Notes: generated by a model not told the origin, from the sequence alone. Positions 44,336 through 54,641 are shown, numbered from the stretch's first letter. The stretch is 64,000 nt of DNA from Gemmatimonadales bacterium (GCA_025927545.1 JAICLE010000006.1:11040-75039); one strand, 5' to 3'. Numbers and translations are program-made.

Positions 44336-45189
44336 GCGAGCTCCTCGGTTCCGAGCAGCCGCGCGTAGGCAAGCACCACCACCGTGATGAGCGCCATCAG
44401 GACGAACGAGAGTGCCGCGGCGAGCGGGTAGTCCCGCACGTCGAGAAACTGGTTCTGGATCACCGTGCCCAGCATCTGCTGGTTCGGGCTGCCCAGCAAC
44501 TGGGCATTGATGAAGTCCCCGGCCGCGGGAATGAAGGTGAGGAGGCTTCCCGCGAACACCCCGGGAAGCGAGAGCGGAAGCACCACCCGGCGAAACGCGG
44601 CGCCGGGCGTCGCGTAGAGGTCTTCCGCGGCCTCGACCAGTCGGCGGTCGAGCTTCTCCAGGCTCGCATACACCGGCAGGACCATGAAGGGCAGGAAGGT
44701 ATAGGTGAGCCCGCCCACGACGGCGATCGAGGTATCGAGCAGTCGCCCGTGCGCGCCCAGCAGGTGCAGCCGCTGCAGCAGCCAGACCGCGGGTCCGCCG
44801 TCGCCCAGAATCGTCTTCCAGGCGAAGGTGCGGACGAGGAAGGTGACGAAGAACGGCAGGATCACGAGCCCGAGGAACGGATACCTGAGCCGGCCGGCGC
44901 GAAAGGCGATGAAGTAGGCCAGCGGGTAGCCCAGCACCAGCGCCAGCAGCGTGGCCGCCAGCGCATAGCGGAAAGAGCGGAGGAAGTGCGGCCCGTAGCG
45001 GCCCAGCGCCAACCCGTACGTCTCGTACCACGCGCCGCCCTGGCCCACCGAGGTGCTCGCCAGGATCACGAGGGGCGCGACGAAGAAGGCGAGCAGCCAG
45101 AGAATGCCCGGCGCGACCAGCAGGTACGGCGCCAGGCGGCTCCGGCGGTGCGAGTCGCTCCCGCCCATGTCGCTACGCTCCGATCGCAT
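44332..45189 (-). CDS. potB: ABC transporter permease, PotB-like
   Basis: APYLLVAPGILWLLAFFVAPL and the EAA loop (VEAAEDLYATPGAAFRRVVLP). ATG 45168 is an alternative start. Confidence 0.85.
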   Translation of the reverse strand: MRSERSDMGGSDSHRRSRLAPYLLVAPGILWLLAFFVAPLVILASTSVGQGGAWYETYGLALGRYGPHFLRSFRYALAATLLALVLGYPLAYFIAFRAGRLRYPFLGLVILPFFVTFLVRTFAWKTILGDGGPAVWLLQRLHLLGAHGRLLDTSIAVVGGLTYTFLPFMVLPVYASLEKLDRRLVEAAEDLYATPGAAFRRVVLPLSLPGVFAGSLLTFIPAAGDFINAQLLGSPNQQMLGTVIQNQFLDVRDYPLAAALSFVLMALITVVVLAYARLLGTEELA

Positions 45190-46300
45190 CCTGGAAGATG
45201 CGGTTGTAGTCCGTGGCCTCGGCGTCGCTCAACGTGCGGAACACGTGCAGCCGCGCCCGGAGCTCCGCGGGGGGATTCACCAGCGGGCTGCTGGCCAGCT
45301 CCGGCGCGATCCTGGCCAGCTCCGCTGCCGCGCCCTTGACCGGCGAGAGATAGGGCGCGCCCGCCACGATCCGGGCCGAGTGCCTGGGATCGTACACGTA
45401 ATCCATCCAGGCCATCGCGAGGTCCTGCCGGTCGGAGCTCTTCGGAATCATCATGTTGTCGGAATAGAGGATCGCACCCTCGGCGGGAGCGAGCCAGCGG
45501 AGGCCCGGGTTGTCCGCGGCCAGGCCCTGGATGTCGCCCGACCAGGCGAGCGCCGCCGCGATGTTGCCCGCGGCCAGGTCCTCGGCGTAATCGTTGCCCG
45601 TGAATTTGCGGATCTGCCCGCGCTCGCGCGCCTGTTTGACCCGGGCGGCGGCAGCCTCGACGTCGGCGCGGGTGCACCGGGCGGGATCCCGCCCCATCCC
45701 CAGCATCACCAGTCCGAGCGTGTCGCGCATCTCGGTCAGCATCGTGACCTGCCCCTTGAGCCGCGGATCGAAGAGATCCTCCACGCCCGTGAGCTCGCGG
45801 CCGGTCTTCTCCGGGTTGTAGCCGATGCCGGTCATCCCGGACAGCCACGGCACGCTGTACCGCCGCCCCGGATCGAAGTCCACCTGCGTCAGATCGTCCA
45901 GCAGGTTCGTCTTGTGGGGAAACTTCCCCGGGATGAGCGGCGCCACGTAGCCGAGCTCGATGAGCCGCCCCGCGGTCCAGTCGGTCAGGATGATGATGTC
46001 GCGATCGATGCTCTGGCCGCGCCTCAGCGGCTCGCTGATCCGGGCGAAGAATTCCGCGTTGTCGTTGATGTCTTCGGTGTACTCGGTCCGGATCCCCGTG
46101 GCGCGCTCGAAGTCGGCGACCGTGCGGCCGTCGATGTACAGCGGCCAGTTCGAGATCCGGAGCGTGCGGCCGCCGGCGCCGCGGCCGCAGGCCGAGGTGA
46201 GGCCGCTCCCCAGCGCCATCCCGCCGGCGGCCAGCGCCGAGCGGAGAAGAAAGCGCCGGCGGCTGATCGAGTCGCCCGCGCGGGGCTCCGCGTCGCTCAC
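45173..46300 (-). CDS. potD: Periplasmic polyamine-type substrate-binding protein with twin-arginine motif and lipobox
   Basis: GTG 46300 overlaps the potA stop (GTGA). [26 protein letters not shown]. The body resembles the PotD/PotF SBP family ([11 protein letters not shown]..., YSVPW, GYN). Confidence 0.75.
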   Translation of the reverse strand: MSDAEPRAGDSISRRRFLLRSALAAGGMALGSGLTSACGRGAGGRTLRISNWPLYIDGRTVADFERATGIRTEYTEDINDNAEFFARISEPLRRGQSIDRDIIILTDWTAGRLIELGYVAPLIPGKFPHKTNLLDDLTQVDFDPGRRYSVPWLSGMTGIGYNPEKTGRELTGVEDLFDPRLKGQVTMLTEMRDTLGLVMLGMGRDPARCTRADVEAAAARVKQARERGQIRKFTGNDYAEDLAAGNIAAALAWSGDIQGLAADNPGLRWLAPAEGAILYSDNMMIPKSSDRQDLAMAWMDYVYDPRHSARIVAGAPYLSPVKGAAAELARIAPELASSPLVNPPAELRARLHVFRTLSDAEATDYNRIFQDAIGA

Positions 46301-47439
46301 CGCACGGTAGCTGGGAGCACGCTGCGCCCGGCCGCCGGAAGCACACGGGGGGCATCGGCATCCCAGCTCACCCAGAGCGCGAGGCCCGGTCGGAAAGCCG
46401 GGAGGCATGGTCCGGCGGCGGCGTGCGCGACGATTACCGTCCCGTCGGCCGCCCGGAGCGTGTGGCGTACCACGGGCCCCCGGAACACCGACTGCTCCAG
46501 CGTGACCGGCAGTGACTCGCCGTCCGGCGGCGCCGACTCGGCGAGGCGCAGGCGCTCGGGCCGGAGCATCACGCTGACCGTCGAGCCGGCCGCGGCTGCT
46601 CCGCTGCCGGCGGGCACCGTCACGCGTTGGCCGCCGGCAAGCTCGACCGTGACCGCGGTGCCGTCCACGTCCCGCACCACCGCCGGCAGCAGGTTGGCGG
46701 CCCCGATGAAGCCGGCGACGAAGCCGGTGGCGGGCGCGTCGTAAATCTCCCTCGGCGAGCCGATCTGTTCGATGCGGCCCTCACTCATGATCGCGATGCG
46801 GTCGGACATGGTGAGCGCCTCCTCCTGGTCGTGGGTCACGTAGATGAACGTGATCCCCACCTCGCGCTGGATACGCTTGAGCTCGAGCTGCATCGCCTGG
46901 CGGAGCGCGAGATCGAGCGCGCCGAGCGGCTCGTCCAGCAGCAGCGCGCTCGGGCGGTTCGCCAGCGCCCGCGCGAGCGCCACGCGCTGCTGCTGTCCGC
47001 CGGAGAGCTGCGCCGGCTTCCGGTTCGCGAACGCGTCGAGCCGGACGACTGCCAGGAGCTCTGCCACCCGGCGGGCCGTCGCGGCGGCGTCCAGTTTCCG
47101 GCTCCGCGGTCCGAAGGCCACGTTGTCGCGGACGGTCAGGTGGGGGAAGAGTGCGTAGTGCTGGAAGACGGTGTTCACCTGCCGGCGGTACGGCGGCACT
47201 CCGGCGACGTCGTGGCCGTCGAGCAGAATCCGGCCGGCCGTCGGCTGCTCGAAGCCGGCGATCATGCGGAGCGTGGTGGTCTTGCCGCACCCGGACGGAC
47301 CCAGCAGGGAGAAGAACTCGCCGCGCGCGACGGCAAAGTGGGCGTCCTCCACCGCGCTGGCTCGGCCGAAGCGCTTGACCACGTGCTCGAGTGCGATGAC
47401 CGGGTCACGCGAGGCGGCCTGGGCGGAGGAGATGCGCAT
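46297..47439 (-). CDS. potA: ABC transporter ATP-binding protein, PotA-like
   Basis: Walker A ([11 protein letters not shown]), Q-loop, the [15 protein letters not shown] signature, Walker B (LLLDEPL) and a C-terminal TOBE-like domain. Confidence 0.9.
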   Translation of the reverse strand: MRISSAQAASRDPVIALEHVVKRFGRASAVEDAHFAVARGEFFSLLGPSGCGKTTTLRMIAGFEQPTAGRILLDGHDVAGVPPYRRQVNTVFQHYALFPHLTVRDNVAFGPRSRKLDAAATARRVAELLAVVRLDAFANRKPAQLSGGQQQRVALARALANRPSALLLDEPLGALDLALRQAMQLELKRIQREVGITFIYVTHDQEEALTMSDRIAIMSEGRIEQIGSPREIYDAPATGFVAGFIGAANLLPAVVRDVDGTAVTVELAGGQRVTVPAGSGAAAAGSTVSVMLRPERLRLAESAPPDGESLPVTLEQSVFRGPVVRHTLRAADGTVIVAHAAAGPCLPAFRPGLALWVSWDADAPRVLPAAGRSVLPATVR

Positions 47440-47515
47440 GCCGCCTCAATGTGCATGCGGCTCGGGGAGTTGACAACCACGCCTGCCGGGCGCAACCTGA
47501 GGCCCACCCCTCCGG

Positions 47516-48916
47516 ATGGGACGCGTTGCCATGACCCACACCATCGCCGGCGGCCGGCCGGCGGGCGATCGGCTGCTCGGCCGGGCGCGCGAGATCGCGC
47601 AGGCGGAAATGGCGCGGCTGCTCGCGCGTACGCCGGCCTCGGCCCGGCTTTTCGAGCGCGCCGCCCGGACGCTTCCGTTCGGCGTGGTCTCGTCGTTCCA
47701 GAAGATGCAGCCGTACCCGATCTACGTGCGCCACGGCCGCGGCAGCCGCATCTGGGACCAGGATGGCGGCGAGTACCTGGATTTCCATTGCGGGTTCGGC
47801 GCCATGATGGCCGGCCATGCGCACCCTCGGATCGTGGAGGCGATCCGGGAGGCTGCCACCGGCGGCACCCACTTCGCCGTGACGACCGAGGCCGCGGTCG
47901 AGTTCGCCGAGGAGATCTGCCGGCGCTTCAGCCTGGACATGCTCCGCTTCACCAACTCGGGGACAGAAGCCACCATGGACGCCATCCGCGTGGCGCGCGC
48001 GGCCACGGGGCGGGATGTGGTCTGCAAGATCGAAGGCTCCTACCATGGGCACCATGACAGCGTGATGTTCTCGATCGTCCCCAACGCCGATCTCATGGGC
48101 GGCCGCGACCGGCCCGGCACCGCGCCGGTCTCGCGAGGCATGGTGAAGGACGCCGCGAAGTACATCGAGGTCGTGCCGTTCAACGCCGCGGGCCACCTCG
48201 AGCGCGTGTTCCAGGAGCGGGGTGGCGAGATCGCCTGTCTCATCCTCGAGCCGGCCATGATGAACGTCGGGATCATCCTCCCCCGGCCGGGGTATCTGCA
48301 GAGCGTGCGCGAGCTCTGCACCCGGTTCGGCGTCGTCCTCATCTTCGATGAGGTGAAGACCGGCTTCACCATCGCGCCGGGCGGAGCCACCGAGCGGTTC
48401 GGTGTGCGGCCGGACCTCGTCTGCCTGGCCAAGGCGATGGCGGGCGGTCTTCCGGCGGCGGCGTTCGGCGGCCGGGAAGATCTCATGCGGCTGATCGAGC
48501 GCGGCGTGTCGCAGATGGGCACCTACAACGGCAATCCGCTCGTCTCGCGGGTCGGGCTGGTACAGCTCCGCGAGGTGCTCACCGCCGACGCCTACCGGCA
48601 TCTCGCGCGTCTGGGCGCGCGGCTCGCGAGCGGCTGCCAGACTGCCATCGACCGTGCCGGCATTCCGGCTCACACCGTCGACCTCGGCGCAAAGGGTTGC
48701 GTCTCCTACCGTCCGGCCCCTATGCGGGACTACCGCGACTTCCTCGACACCAGGCCCGAGCTGTTCGCCGCCTCGTACCCCTGGCTCCTCAACCGCGGCA
48801 TCTTCATGACCCCGGGCGACGAGGAGCAGTGGACCCTGTCGGTGCAGCACTCGGAACCGGACGTGGACCGGTATGTGGAGGTCTTCGGGGAGTTCTGCGC
48901 GGCGCTCGGCGGCTGA
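47516..48916 (+). CDS. Class-III (glutamate-1-semialdehyde aminomutase-like) PLP aminotransferase
   Basis: [57 protein letters not shown] (the PLP Lys). Divergent from the pot operon. Substrate unknown. Confidence 0.8.
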   Translation: MGRVAMTHTIAGGRPAGDRLLGRAREIAQAEMARLLARTPASARLFERAARTLPFGVVSSFQKMQPYPIYVRHGRGSRIWDQDGGEYLDFHCGFGAMMAGHAHPRIVEAIREAATGGTHFAVTTEAAVEFAEEICRRFSLDMLRFTNSGTEATMDAIRVARAATGRDVVCKIEGSYHGHHDSVMFSIVPNADLMGGRDRPGTAPVSRGMVKDAAKYIEVVPFNAAGHLERVFQERGGEIACLILEPAMMNVGIILPRPGYLQSVRELCTRFGVVLIFDEVKTGFTIAPGGATERFGVRPDLVCLAKAMAGGLPAAAFGGREDLMRLIERGVSQMGTYNGNPLVSRVGLVQLREVLTADAYRHLARLGARLASGCQTAIDRAGIPAHTVDLGAKGCVSYRPAPMRDYRDFLDTRPELFAASYPWLLNRGIFMTPGDEEQWTLSVQHSEPDVDRYVEVFGEFCAALGG

Positions 48917-49031
48917 GGAAAGGACGAAAGGGCGGAAAGCCGGCCACGCAGTGTTCCATTCCTTCCTCCTACCATCCTTCCGTCTTTCCATCCCGCTCCC
49001 GAACAAACCCCGGCACCACTATATTCCCGCG

Positions 49032-51071
49032 ATGAACCGCTTCGAGGTCATTGCCCCGTACGCCCCCGCCGGCGACCAGCCGAAGGCCATCGCCGAGCTC
49101 ACGGCCGGGCTTCAGCGCGGGGACAAGTACCAGACCCTGCTCGGCGTCACCGGCTCGGGGAAGACCATGACCCTGGCCCATACGATCGCGAACTACGGCA
49201 AGCCCACACTGGTGCTCTCGCACAACAAGACGCTGGCGGCGCAGCTCTACGGGGAGCTCCGGCAGTTTCTGCCGAAGAACGCGGTCGAGTACTTCGTCTC
49301 CTACTACGACTACTACCAGCCCGAGGCGTACGTCCCCTCGACCGATGTCTACATCGAGAAGGACGCCTCGATCAACCAGGACATCGAGAGCCTCCGCCTC
49401 CGCGCCACCTCCAGCCTGATGGAGCGCGAGGACGTGGTCATCGTGGCCACCGTGAGCGCCATCTACGGGTTGGGCGACCCGGTCGAGTACCGCAAGCTCA
49501 TGGTGACCGTGCGCCGTGGCGAGCAGCGCGGGCGGGACGCCATCCTGAGCGAGCTGGTCCGGATCCAGTACGCCCGCAACGACGTGGCCTTCGAGCAGGG
49601 CACCTTCCGCGTGCGCGGCGACTCGATCGAGATCTTCCCGGCCTATGCGGAGCAGGCCATCCGGATCGAGCTGTGGGGCGACGAGGTCGAGCGGATCAGC
49701 AAGATCAATCCCCTCACCGGCGATCCCATCGCGCAGCTCGAGCAATGTGCCATCTATCCGGCCAAGCACTTCGTCACCGAGCGCCCGAAAATCGAGCGCG
49801 CCGTCTCCCTCATCCGCGCGGAGCTGGCCGAGCGGCTGACGGAGCTCAAGGGCGCGGGAAAGCTGCTCGAGGCGCAGCGGCTCGAGTCGCGCACCAACTT
49901 CGACGTGGAGATGCTGCTCGAGGTGGGCACCTGCGCCGGCATCGAGAACTACTCGCGGCACCTGAGCGGCCGCCGCGCGGGCGAGCGGCCGGCCTGCCTG
50001 TTCGACTACTTTCCGCCCGATTTCCTGGTCGTGGTGGACGAGTCGCACGTGACGCTGCCGCAGATCGGCGGGATGTTCAACGGCGATCGCGCGCGCAAGC
50101 TCACCCTGGTCGACTATGGCTTCCGCCTGCCGTCCGCGCTGGACAACCGGCCCCTCGAGTTCAACGAGTTCATGACGCTCGTGCCGCAGATGATCAGCCT
50201 CTCGGCCACGCCGGGCGCGTTCGAGCTGGAGCTCTCCGGGGGCGTCGTGGTCGAACAGATCATCCGGCCCACCGGGCTGGTCGACCCCGAAGTGGACATC
50301 CGTCCCGTGCGCGGCCAGGTGGACGACCTGCTGAACGAGATCCGGCTGCGCGAGGCGCGCCACGAGCGCGTGCTCGTCACCACGCTCACCAAGCGGATGT
50401 CCGAGGATCTCACCGACTACCTCCAGCAGGCCGGCGTGCGGGTGCGCTACCTCCATTCCGACATCGATGCGATCGAGCGGATGGAGATCCTCCGCGGTCT
50501 CCGGCTGGGTGACTTCGACGTGCTCGTCGGGATCAACCTGCTGCGTGAGGGGCTCGATCTGCCCGAGGTGTCGCTCGTCGCCATCCTCGACGCCGATCAG
50601 GAGGGGTTCCTGCGAAGCGACCGGTCGCTGGTCCAGACCATCGGCCGCGCGGCGCGGCACGTGAACGGCCGTGCCATCATGTACGCCGACCGGATCACCG
50701 GCTCGATGCAGCGCGCGCTCGACGAGATGACCCGCCGCCGCGAGATCCAGGAGCGCTACAACCTCGATCACGGGATCACGCCGCGGTCGATCGTGAAGTC
50801 CATGGAGGAGGTGCGGCTCTCGACCCACGTGGCCGACGCGCGCACCGAGCGCCCGGAGCCCAGGCTCGCGGTGCAGGACAAGGTGGACCTGCGCGACCCG
50901 GCCCGGCGGGCGGCGCTCGTCCAGGCGCTGGAGCGGCAGATGCGCGAGGCCGCCGCCAACCTCGAGTTCGAGCTCGCGGCCATGCTGCGTGACCAGCTCA
51001 ACGAGCTCAAGGCCATGGCGGCGCCCGACGTGCGGCGCGGCCCCGCGCCGCGGCTGCGCCGCCACGCTTGA
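49032..51071 (+). CDS. uvrB: Excinuclease ABC subunit B
   Basis: [40 protein letters not shown], helicase motifs and the C-terminal UVR domain ([17 protein letters not shown]). ATG 49032 gives the canonical N-terminus. Confidence 0.97.
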   Translation: MNRFEVIAPYAPAGDQPKAIAELTAGLQRGDKYQTLLGVTGSGKTMTLAHTIANYGKPTLVLSHNKTLAAQLYGELRQFLPKNAVEYFVSYYDYYQPEAYVPSTDVYIEKDASINQDIESLRLRATSSLMEREDVVIVATVSAIYGLGDPVEYRKLMVTVRRGEQRGRDAILSELVRIQYARNDVAFEQGTFRVRGDSIEIFPAYAEQAIRIELWGDEVERISKINPLTGDPIAQLEQCAIYPAKHFVTERPKIERAVSLIRAELAERLTELKGAGKLLEAQRLESRTNFDVEMLLEVGTCAGIENYSRHLSGRRAGERPACLFDYFPPDFLVVVDESHVTLPQIGGMFNGDRARKLTLVDYGFRLPSALDNRPLEFNEFMTLVPQMISLSATPGAFELELSGGVVVEQIIRPTGLVDPEVDIRPVRGQVDDLLNEIRLREARHERVLVTTLTKRMSEDLTDYLQQAGVRVRYLHSDIDAIERMEILRGLRLGDFDVLVGINLLREGLDLPEVSLVAILDADQEGFLRSDRSLVQTIGRAARHVNGRAIMYADRITGSMQRALDEMTRRREIQERYNLDHGITPRSIVKSMEEVRLSTHVADARTERPEPRLAVQDKVDLRDPARRAALVQALERQMREAAANLEFELAAMLRDQLNELKAMAAPDVRRGPAPRLRRHA

Positions 51072-51478
51072 TCCGCGAGCTGACGCTGGACGAGCTCACG
51101 GCAGAGGGCGAGACGCTGGGCCGCTCGCTGCCCCCCGGTACGCTGCTCGCCTTCGACGGCGAGCTGGGTGCCGGCAAGACGACCTTCATCCAGGCGATTG
51201 CCCGCGGCCTCGGGGTGGCCGGGCCCGCGACCAGTCCCACCTATGCGCTGGTCCATCGCTATCGCGGGCGGCGCGGCCCGGTGTTTCATCTGGACTGCTA
51301 CCGCCTGCGCTCCCCCGACGAGGCCGCCGACCTGGACTGGGAGGGACTGCTGGCCGAGGGAGACGCGATCTTGGTGGAGTGGCCCGAGCGGGCAGGCGCC
51401 TGGCTGCCGCCGCCGGCCCGGCGGTTCCGGCTGCATCACGTGGCCGACCCCGAGCGGCGCGGGCTCGAGGCCCGATGA
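51068..51478 (+). CDS. tsaE: tRNA t6A37 biosynthesis ATPase TsaE
   Basis: [23 protein letters not shown]...[10 protein letters not shown]...HLDCYRL. The TTG start overlaps the uvrB stop. Confidence 0.85.
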   Translation: MIRELTLDELTAEGETLGRSLPPGTLLAFDGELGAGKTTFIQAIARGLGVAGPATSPTYALVHRYRGRRGPVFHLDCYRLRSPDEAADLDWEGLLAEGDAILVEWPERAGAWLPPPARRFRLHHVADPERRGLEAR

Positions 51479-52194
51479 TGCGTCTCGCCATCGAGACGGC
51501 CACGGACCGCGCGTCCGTCGCGCTCGGGAGCTCCGCCGGGGACACGGTAGAGCGGGAGCTGCCGGGCGCGCGGCGCCACGCGGCCGGGCTCCTGCCGATG
51601 ATCGAGGCGCTGCTGCGCGAGGCCGGCGTCACGCTCGATGCCGTCACCGGCCTCGTGCTGAGCGACGGGCCCGGGAGCTTCACCGGCCTCCGCGTCGGCG
51701 CCGCCGTGGCCAAGGCGCTGGTGCAGGCACGCGGCCTCCCGTTGTGGACGGCGCCGTCGCTCCTGGTGCGGGCTGCCGGAGTCGCCCGCGAGGGCCGGAC
51801 GGTGCTCGCGGTGACGGACGCCCTCCGGGGTGAGGTCTACGCGGCCGCGTACCGCTTCGAGGCCGACCGCATCCATCAGTCGCTGGCTCCGTCGGTCTAC
51901 CATGCCGAGCGGTTGGTGGCCGGACCCCGCGCCCCTGATCTGCTCGTGGGTCAGGTGTCCGACTCGGCCGCGGCGATGCTCGAGGCGTGGGCCGGCGTCC
52001 GGATCATCGGTCCGCCTGACGGCGCGCCGCATGCGCGCATCCTGCTGGATCTGGTGCACCGGCCGGGCGGCGCCGTGCGGGTCGAGGCCGTGCAGGATTG
52101 GGAGCCGAACTACGGTCGGCCCGCCGAGGCGCAGGCTCGCTGGGAGACGGCGCATGGACGCCCGCTACCGGATTCGATCGGCAGTTCCGGCTGA
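51475..52194 (+). CDS. tsaB: tRNA t6A37 biosynthesis protein TsaB (YeaZ-like)
   Basis: ATG 51475 overlaps the tsaE stop (ATGA). [16 protein letters not shown]...VLSDGPGSFTGLRVGAAVAKAL. Confidence 0.8.
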   Translation: MMRLAIETATDRASVALGSSAGDTVERELPGARRHAAGLLPMIEALLREAGVTLDAVTGLVLSDGPGSFTGLRVGAAVAKALVQARGLPLWTAPSLLVRAAGVAREGRTVLAVTDALRGEVYAAAYRFEADRIHQSLAPSVYHAERLVAGPRAPDLLVGQVSDSAAAMLEAWAGVRIIGPPDGAPHARILLDLVHRPGGAVRVEAVQDWEPNYGRPAEAQARWETAHGRPLPDSIGSSG

Positions 52195-52612
52195 CGCCGC
52201 GGCGCTCGTGGCCATCGAGCGTCGCGCCTTCAGCGACCCGTGGAGCGAGGCGAGCTTCCGCGAGGCGCTCGCCTCGTCGTGGAGCTTCGGTCTGGTGGTC
52301 GAGACGGGGCGGGGACTCGCCGGATACCTCATTGCCCGCGAGCTGGCGGGTTCGGGCGAAGTGCTCAACCTGGCGGTCGCGCCCGAGTTCCGCCGCCGCG
52401 GCATCGGCGGCGCCTTGCTCGAGGCGGGGGTGGCCGCGCTTCGCCGGCGCCGCGTGGACGAGGTCTTCCTCGAGGTGCGCGAATCGAACATCTCGGCGCA
52501 GGCCCTCTACGTGGGGCACGGCTTCCGTCCGGTGGGCCAGCGGGCGGCGTATTACCGGAATCCCCGCGAGGACGCGCTGGTCCTGCGGCTCGAGTTGAAA
52601 CAGCGTGCGTGA
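52154..52612 (+). CDS. rimI: Ribosomal-protein-alanine N-acetyltransferase (GNAT)
   Basis: GNAT motif A (LAVAPEFRRRGIGGALLE), FLEVRESNISAQALYVGHGF, and the conserved tsaE-tsaB-rimI context. It overlaps the tsaB 3' end. Confidence 0.8.
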   Translation: MDARYRIRSAVPADAAALVAIERRAFSDPWSEASFREALASSWSFGLVVETGRGLAGYLIARELAGSGEVLNLAVAPEFRRRGIGGALLEAGVAALRRRRVDEVFLEVRESNISAQALYVGHGFRPVGQRAAYYRNPREDALVLRLELKQRA

Positions 52613-52638
52613 TTCCGCTGCGCTGAGCGTAACTTTGG

Positions 52639-52667
52639 TTGACGGAAGAACTTGCGGGGCCTACATT
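52639..52667 (+). promoter_or_regulatory. Sigma70-like promoter candidate for ssb (TTGACG-N17-TACATT)
   Basis: TTGACG at 52639..52644, an exactly 17-nt spacer, then TACATT at 52662..52667. This lies about 50 nt upstream of the ssb start, which has its own GGAGG. Confidence 0.45.
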
Positions 52668-52716
52668 TTACCCGGGTCCACATCCGTGGCCCCACGCCAG
52701 AACCCTGGAGGTGCAA

Positions 52717-53193
52717 GTGAGCCGGAGTCTGAACAAAGCCATCCTGATCGGGAACCTCGGTGCGGATCCTGAGGTCCGCAGCACCTCGAACGGCTCCCGC
52801 GTGGCGACCCTCTCGGTCGCGACCAGTCGGCAGTGGAAAAACCAGAGCGGTGAGAAGCAGGAAAAGACGGAGTGGCACCGCGTGGTGCTCTGGAACAACA
52901 AGGGCTCGACGCTCGCGGACGTCGCCGAGAAGTACTGCAAGAAGGGCGATAAGGTCTATGTCGAGGGAAGCATCGAGTACCGCTCGTGGCAGGACCGCGA
53001 GGGACAGACGCGCTACACCACCGAGATCACCGCGCGGGAGCTGATCCTGCTGTCGGGCCGGAGCGAGGGTTCCGACGCTCCGATGTCCGCCCCGAGCAAG
53101 GTCGGTGCCGCCTCCGCCGCCCCCAAGGGCAAGGAGTCGTTCGAGGATTTCCCCGAAGCGCTCGACGCGGAGGACGACGACCTGCCGTTCTGA
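52717..53193 (+). CDS. ssb: Single-stranded DNA-binding protein
   Basis: LNKAILIGNLGADPEVR...TEWHRVVLW... (OB fold), a Gly/Ser/Ala-rich linker and the acidic tip DDDLPF. Start is GTG 52717 or GTG 52711. Confidence 0.9.
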   Translation: MSRSLNKAILIGNLGADPEVRSTSNGSRVATLSVATSRQWKNQSGEKQEKTEWHRVVLWNNKGSTLADVAEKYCKKGDKVYVEGSIEYRSWQDREGQTRYTTEITARELILLSGRSEGSDAPMSAPSKVGAASAAPKGKESFEDFPEALDAEDDDLPF

Positions 53194-53212
53194 TCCCCCC
53201 CGGCCAGGCGGC

Positions 53213-53248
53213 GGAGCCGGTGGGATCCGCGGATCCCACCGGCTCCTT
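53213..53248 (+). terminator. 34-bp perfect palindrome downstream of ssb (hairpin terminator candidate)
   Basis: GGAGCCGGTGGGATCCG / CGGATCCCACCGGCTCC at 53213..53246, followed by TT. It starts 20 nt after the ssb stop. Confidence 0.6.
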
Positions 53249-53449
53249 GCGTGAGGGGCGGCGCTTCGCCAGAGCCCGCCGGCCGTGACCGGCCGCGTTG
53301 CCACCAGCTAACCGTTGGACGTGCAGCGCGTTAGCCAAGCGGCCCGGCTCCGGTTTCCGCTGGCGTTGAACTTGCCTTTGCTGCCTCTGAAGCGCTCCCG
53401 GTTCGCCGTGCCAGCTCCATCCTCGACCCCACGTCGTTGGGAGATCCCG

Positions 53450-54622
53450 ATGCCCCGTACGTTCCACTGGAAGTGGGTGGGCCTGCTCGCCGTGACCCTC
53501 GCCCCCGGTCGCGTATCGGCGCAGGCGGTCACGCCGGAGACCCACACCGTCCGCGAGGGCGATACGCTGTGGGATCTCGCCCGGCATTACCGCGGCGATC
53601 CGTTCCTCTGGCCCGACATCTACCGCATGAACACCAGCGTCGTGGAAGATCCGCACTGGATCTACCCGGGCGAAGTCCTTCACCTGGCCGGGGCCGACAG
53701 CGTTCCATCCGTCCCGACGACCGACACCCCCGCGCCGCCGGTTGCCGACGTCGGGAGCGCCGATTCCGCCGTGACCGCCGATGCGGGGCAGGAGGCGCCG
53801 CAGCAGTCGCTCGCCCAGCTCACCGCCGTCTCGGCCAACCAGCCGGGCCAGGAGGAGCCGAGCCTCTTCGGCACGCCTCGATCCCACATGATGGAGGAGA
53901 CGCTCAAGGCGTATACCCATCAGCCGTACCGGGCGCTCCGGCGCAGCGAGTTCTACTCCTCGGGCTTCCTGACTGAACGGCAGGACCTGCCGTTCGGCAA
54001 GGTGCTCGGTCCGGTCATCCCGGAGCAGATCAGCTCCAGCAGCGTCAACGCCACGGCGCTGCCGCTGTCGATCATCGCGATCGAAGCGCCGCGCGGCGCG
54101 GCCTACCAGATCGGCGACACGCTCCTGCTCCTCAACCTCGGACCCGAGCTCGCGTCCTACGGCGATGTCGTCGTGCCGACCGGACTCGCACGCGTCATCG
54201 ACACGGTGCAGGGCCGCTACGTCGCCAACCTCGTGGCCATGTACGGGCCCATCCGGAACGGCCAGCGTGTCCTGCCGGCCGAAAAGTTCACGCCCTCGGG
54301 CGAGGCCCACGCGGTGCCGGTCACCGACGGGGTGCACGCCACCTTCCTCGGCGGGACCGGGCGGCAGGACCTCAAGGCGCCCCAGATGGTGGTGTTCCTC
54401 GACAAGGGCCGCCGCGATGGTGTGTCCGCGGGCGACCTGTTCGAGATCCGCCGCCGCGCCGAGCGGCTGCCCGACGGCCGACAGCTCATCAACGACGTCA
54501 TGGCCACGCTGCAGGTGGTGCACGTGCGCGAGCGCACCGCGACTGCCCGTCTGATCAATGTCCTCTCGCCCGACATTGCGCCCGGTACCGAGGCGCTTCA
54601 GATCGCCAAGCTTCCGTCCTGA
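53450..54622 (+). CDS. Secreted LysM-domain protein with uncharacterised C-terminal region
   Basis: ATG 53450 with GGGAGA upstream. Signal peptide WKWVGLLAVTLAPGRVSAQA. LysM (HTVREGDTLWDLARHYRGDPFLWPDIYRMN...IYPGEVLHL). The remaining ~300 aa are unassigned. Confidence 0.7.
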   Translation: MPRTFHWKWVGLLAVTLAPGRVSAQAVTPETHTVREGDTLWDLARHYRGDPFLWPDIYRMNTSVVEDPHWIYPGEVLHLAGADSVPSVPTTDTPAPPVADVGSADSAVTADAGQEAPQQSLAQLTAVSANQPGQEEPSLFGTPRSHMMEETLKAYTHQPYRALRRSEFYSSGFLTERQDLPFGKVLGPVIPEQISSSSVNATALPLSIIAIEAPRGAAYQIGDTLLLLNLGPELASYGDVVVPTGLARVIDTVQGRYVANLVAMYGPIRNGQRVLPAEKFTPSGEAHAVPVTDGVHATFLGGTGRQDLKAPQMVVFLDKGRRDGVSAGDLFEIRRRAERLPDGRQLINDVMATLQVVHVRERTATARLINVLSPDIAPGTEALQIAKLPS

Positions 54623-54641
54623 CCTCCGGAAGCGGGGTGGT

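Noticed and set aside
42099-44372. 757-aa minus-strand ORF spanning the LysM/lipoprotein/EVE genes and part of potC
   Set aside because: It crosses several independently supported genes on both strands and out of frame with potC. No motifs are present.
47470-47498. TTGACA-N17-CAACCT as promoter of the aminotransferase gene
   Set aside because: The -35 is perfect, but the -10 matches only 2 of 6 consensus positions. That is not enough to report as a feature.
48999-49012. LexA/SOS box upstream of uvrB (CGAACAAACCCCGG)
   Set aside because: Only one CGAAC half-site is present, with no matching GTTCG half at the expected spacing. I do not know the LexA motif of this lineage.
53222-53239. GGATCC-GCGG-ATCC (BamHI-SacII-BamHI-like) core, as possible cloning-vector or linker contamination
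   Set aside because: The sites are simply the centre of a longer native 34-bp palindrome placed exactly where an ssb terminator is expected. The flanking sequence is ordinary genomic DNA.
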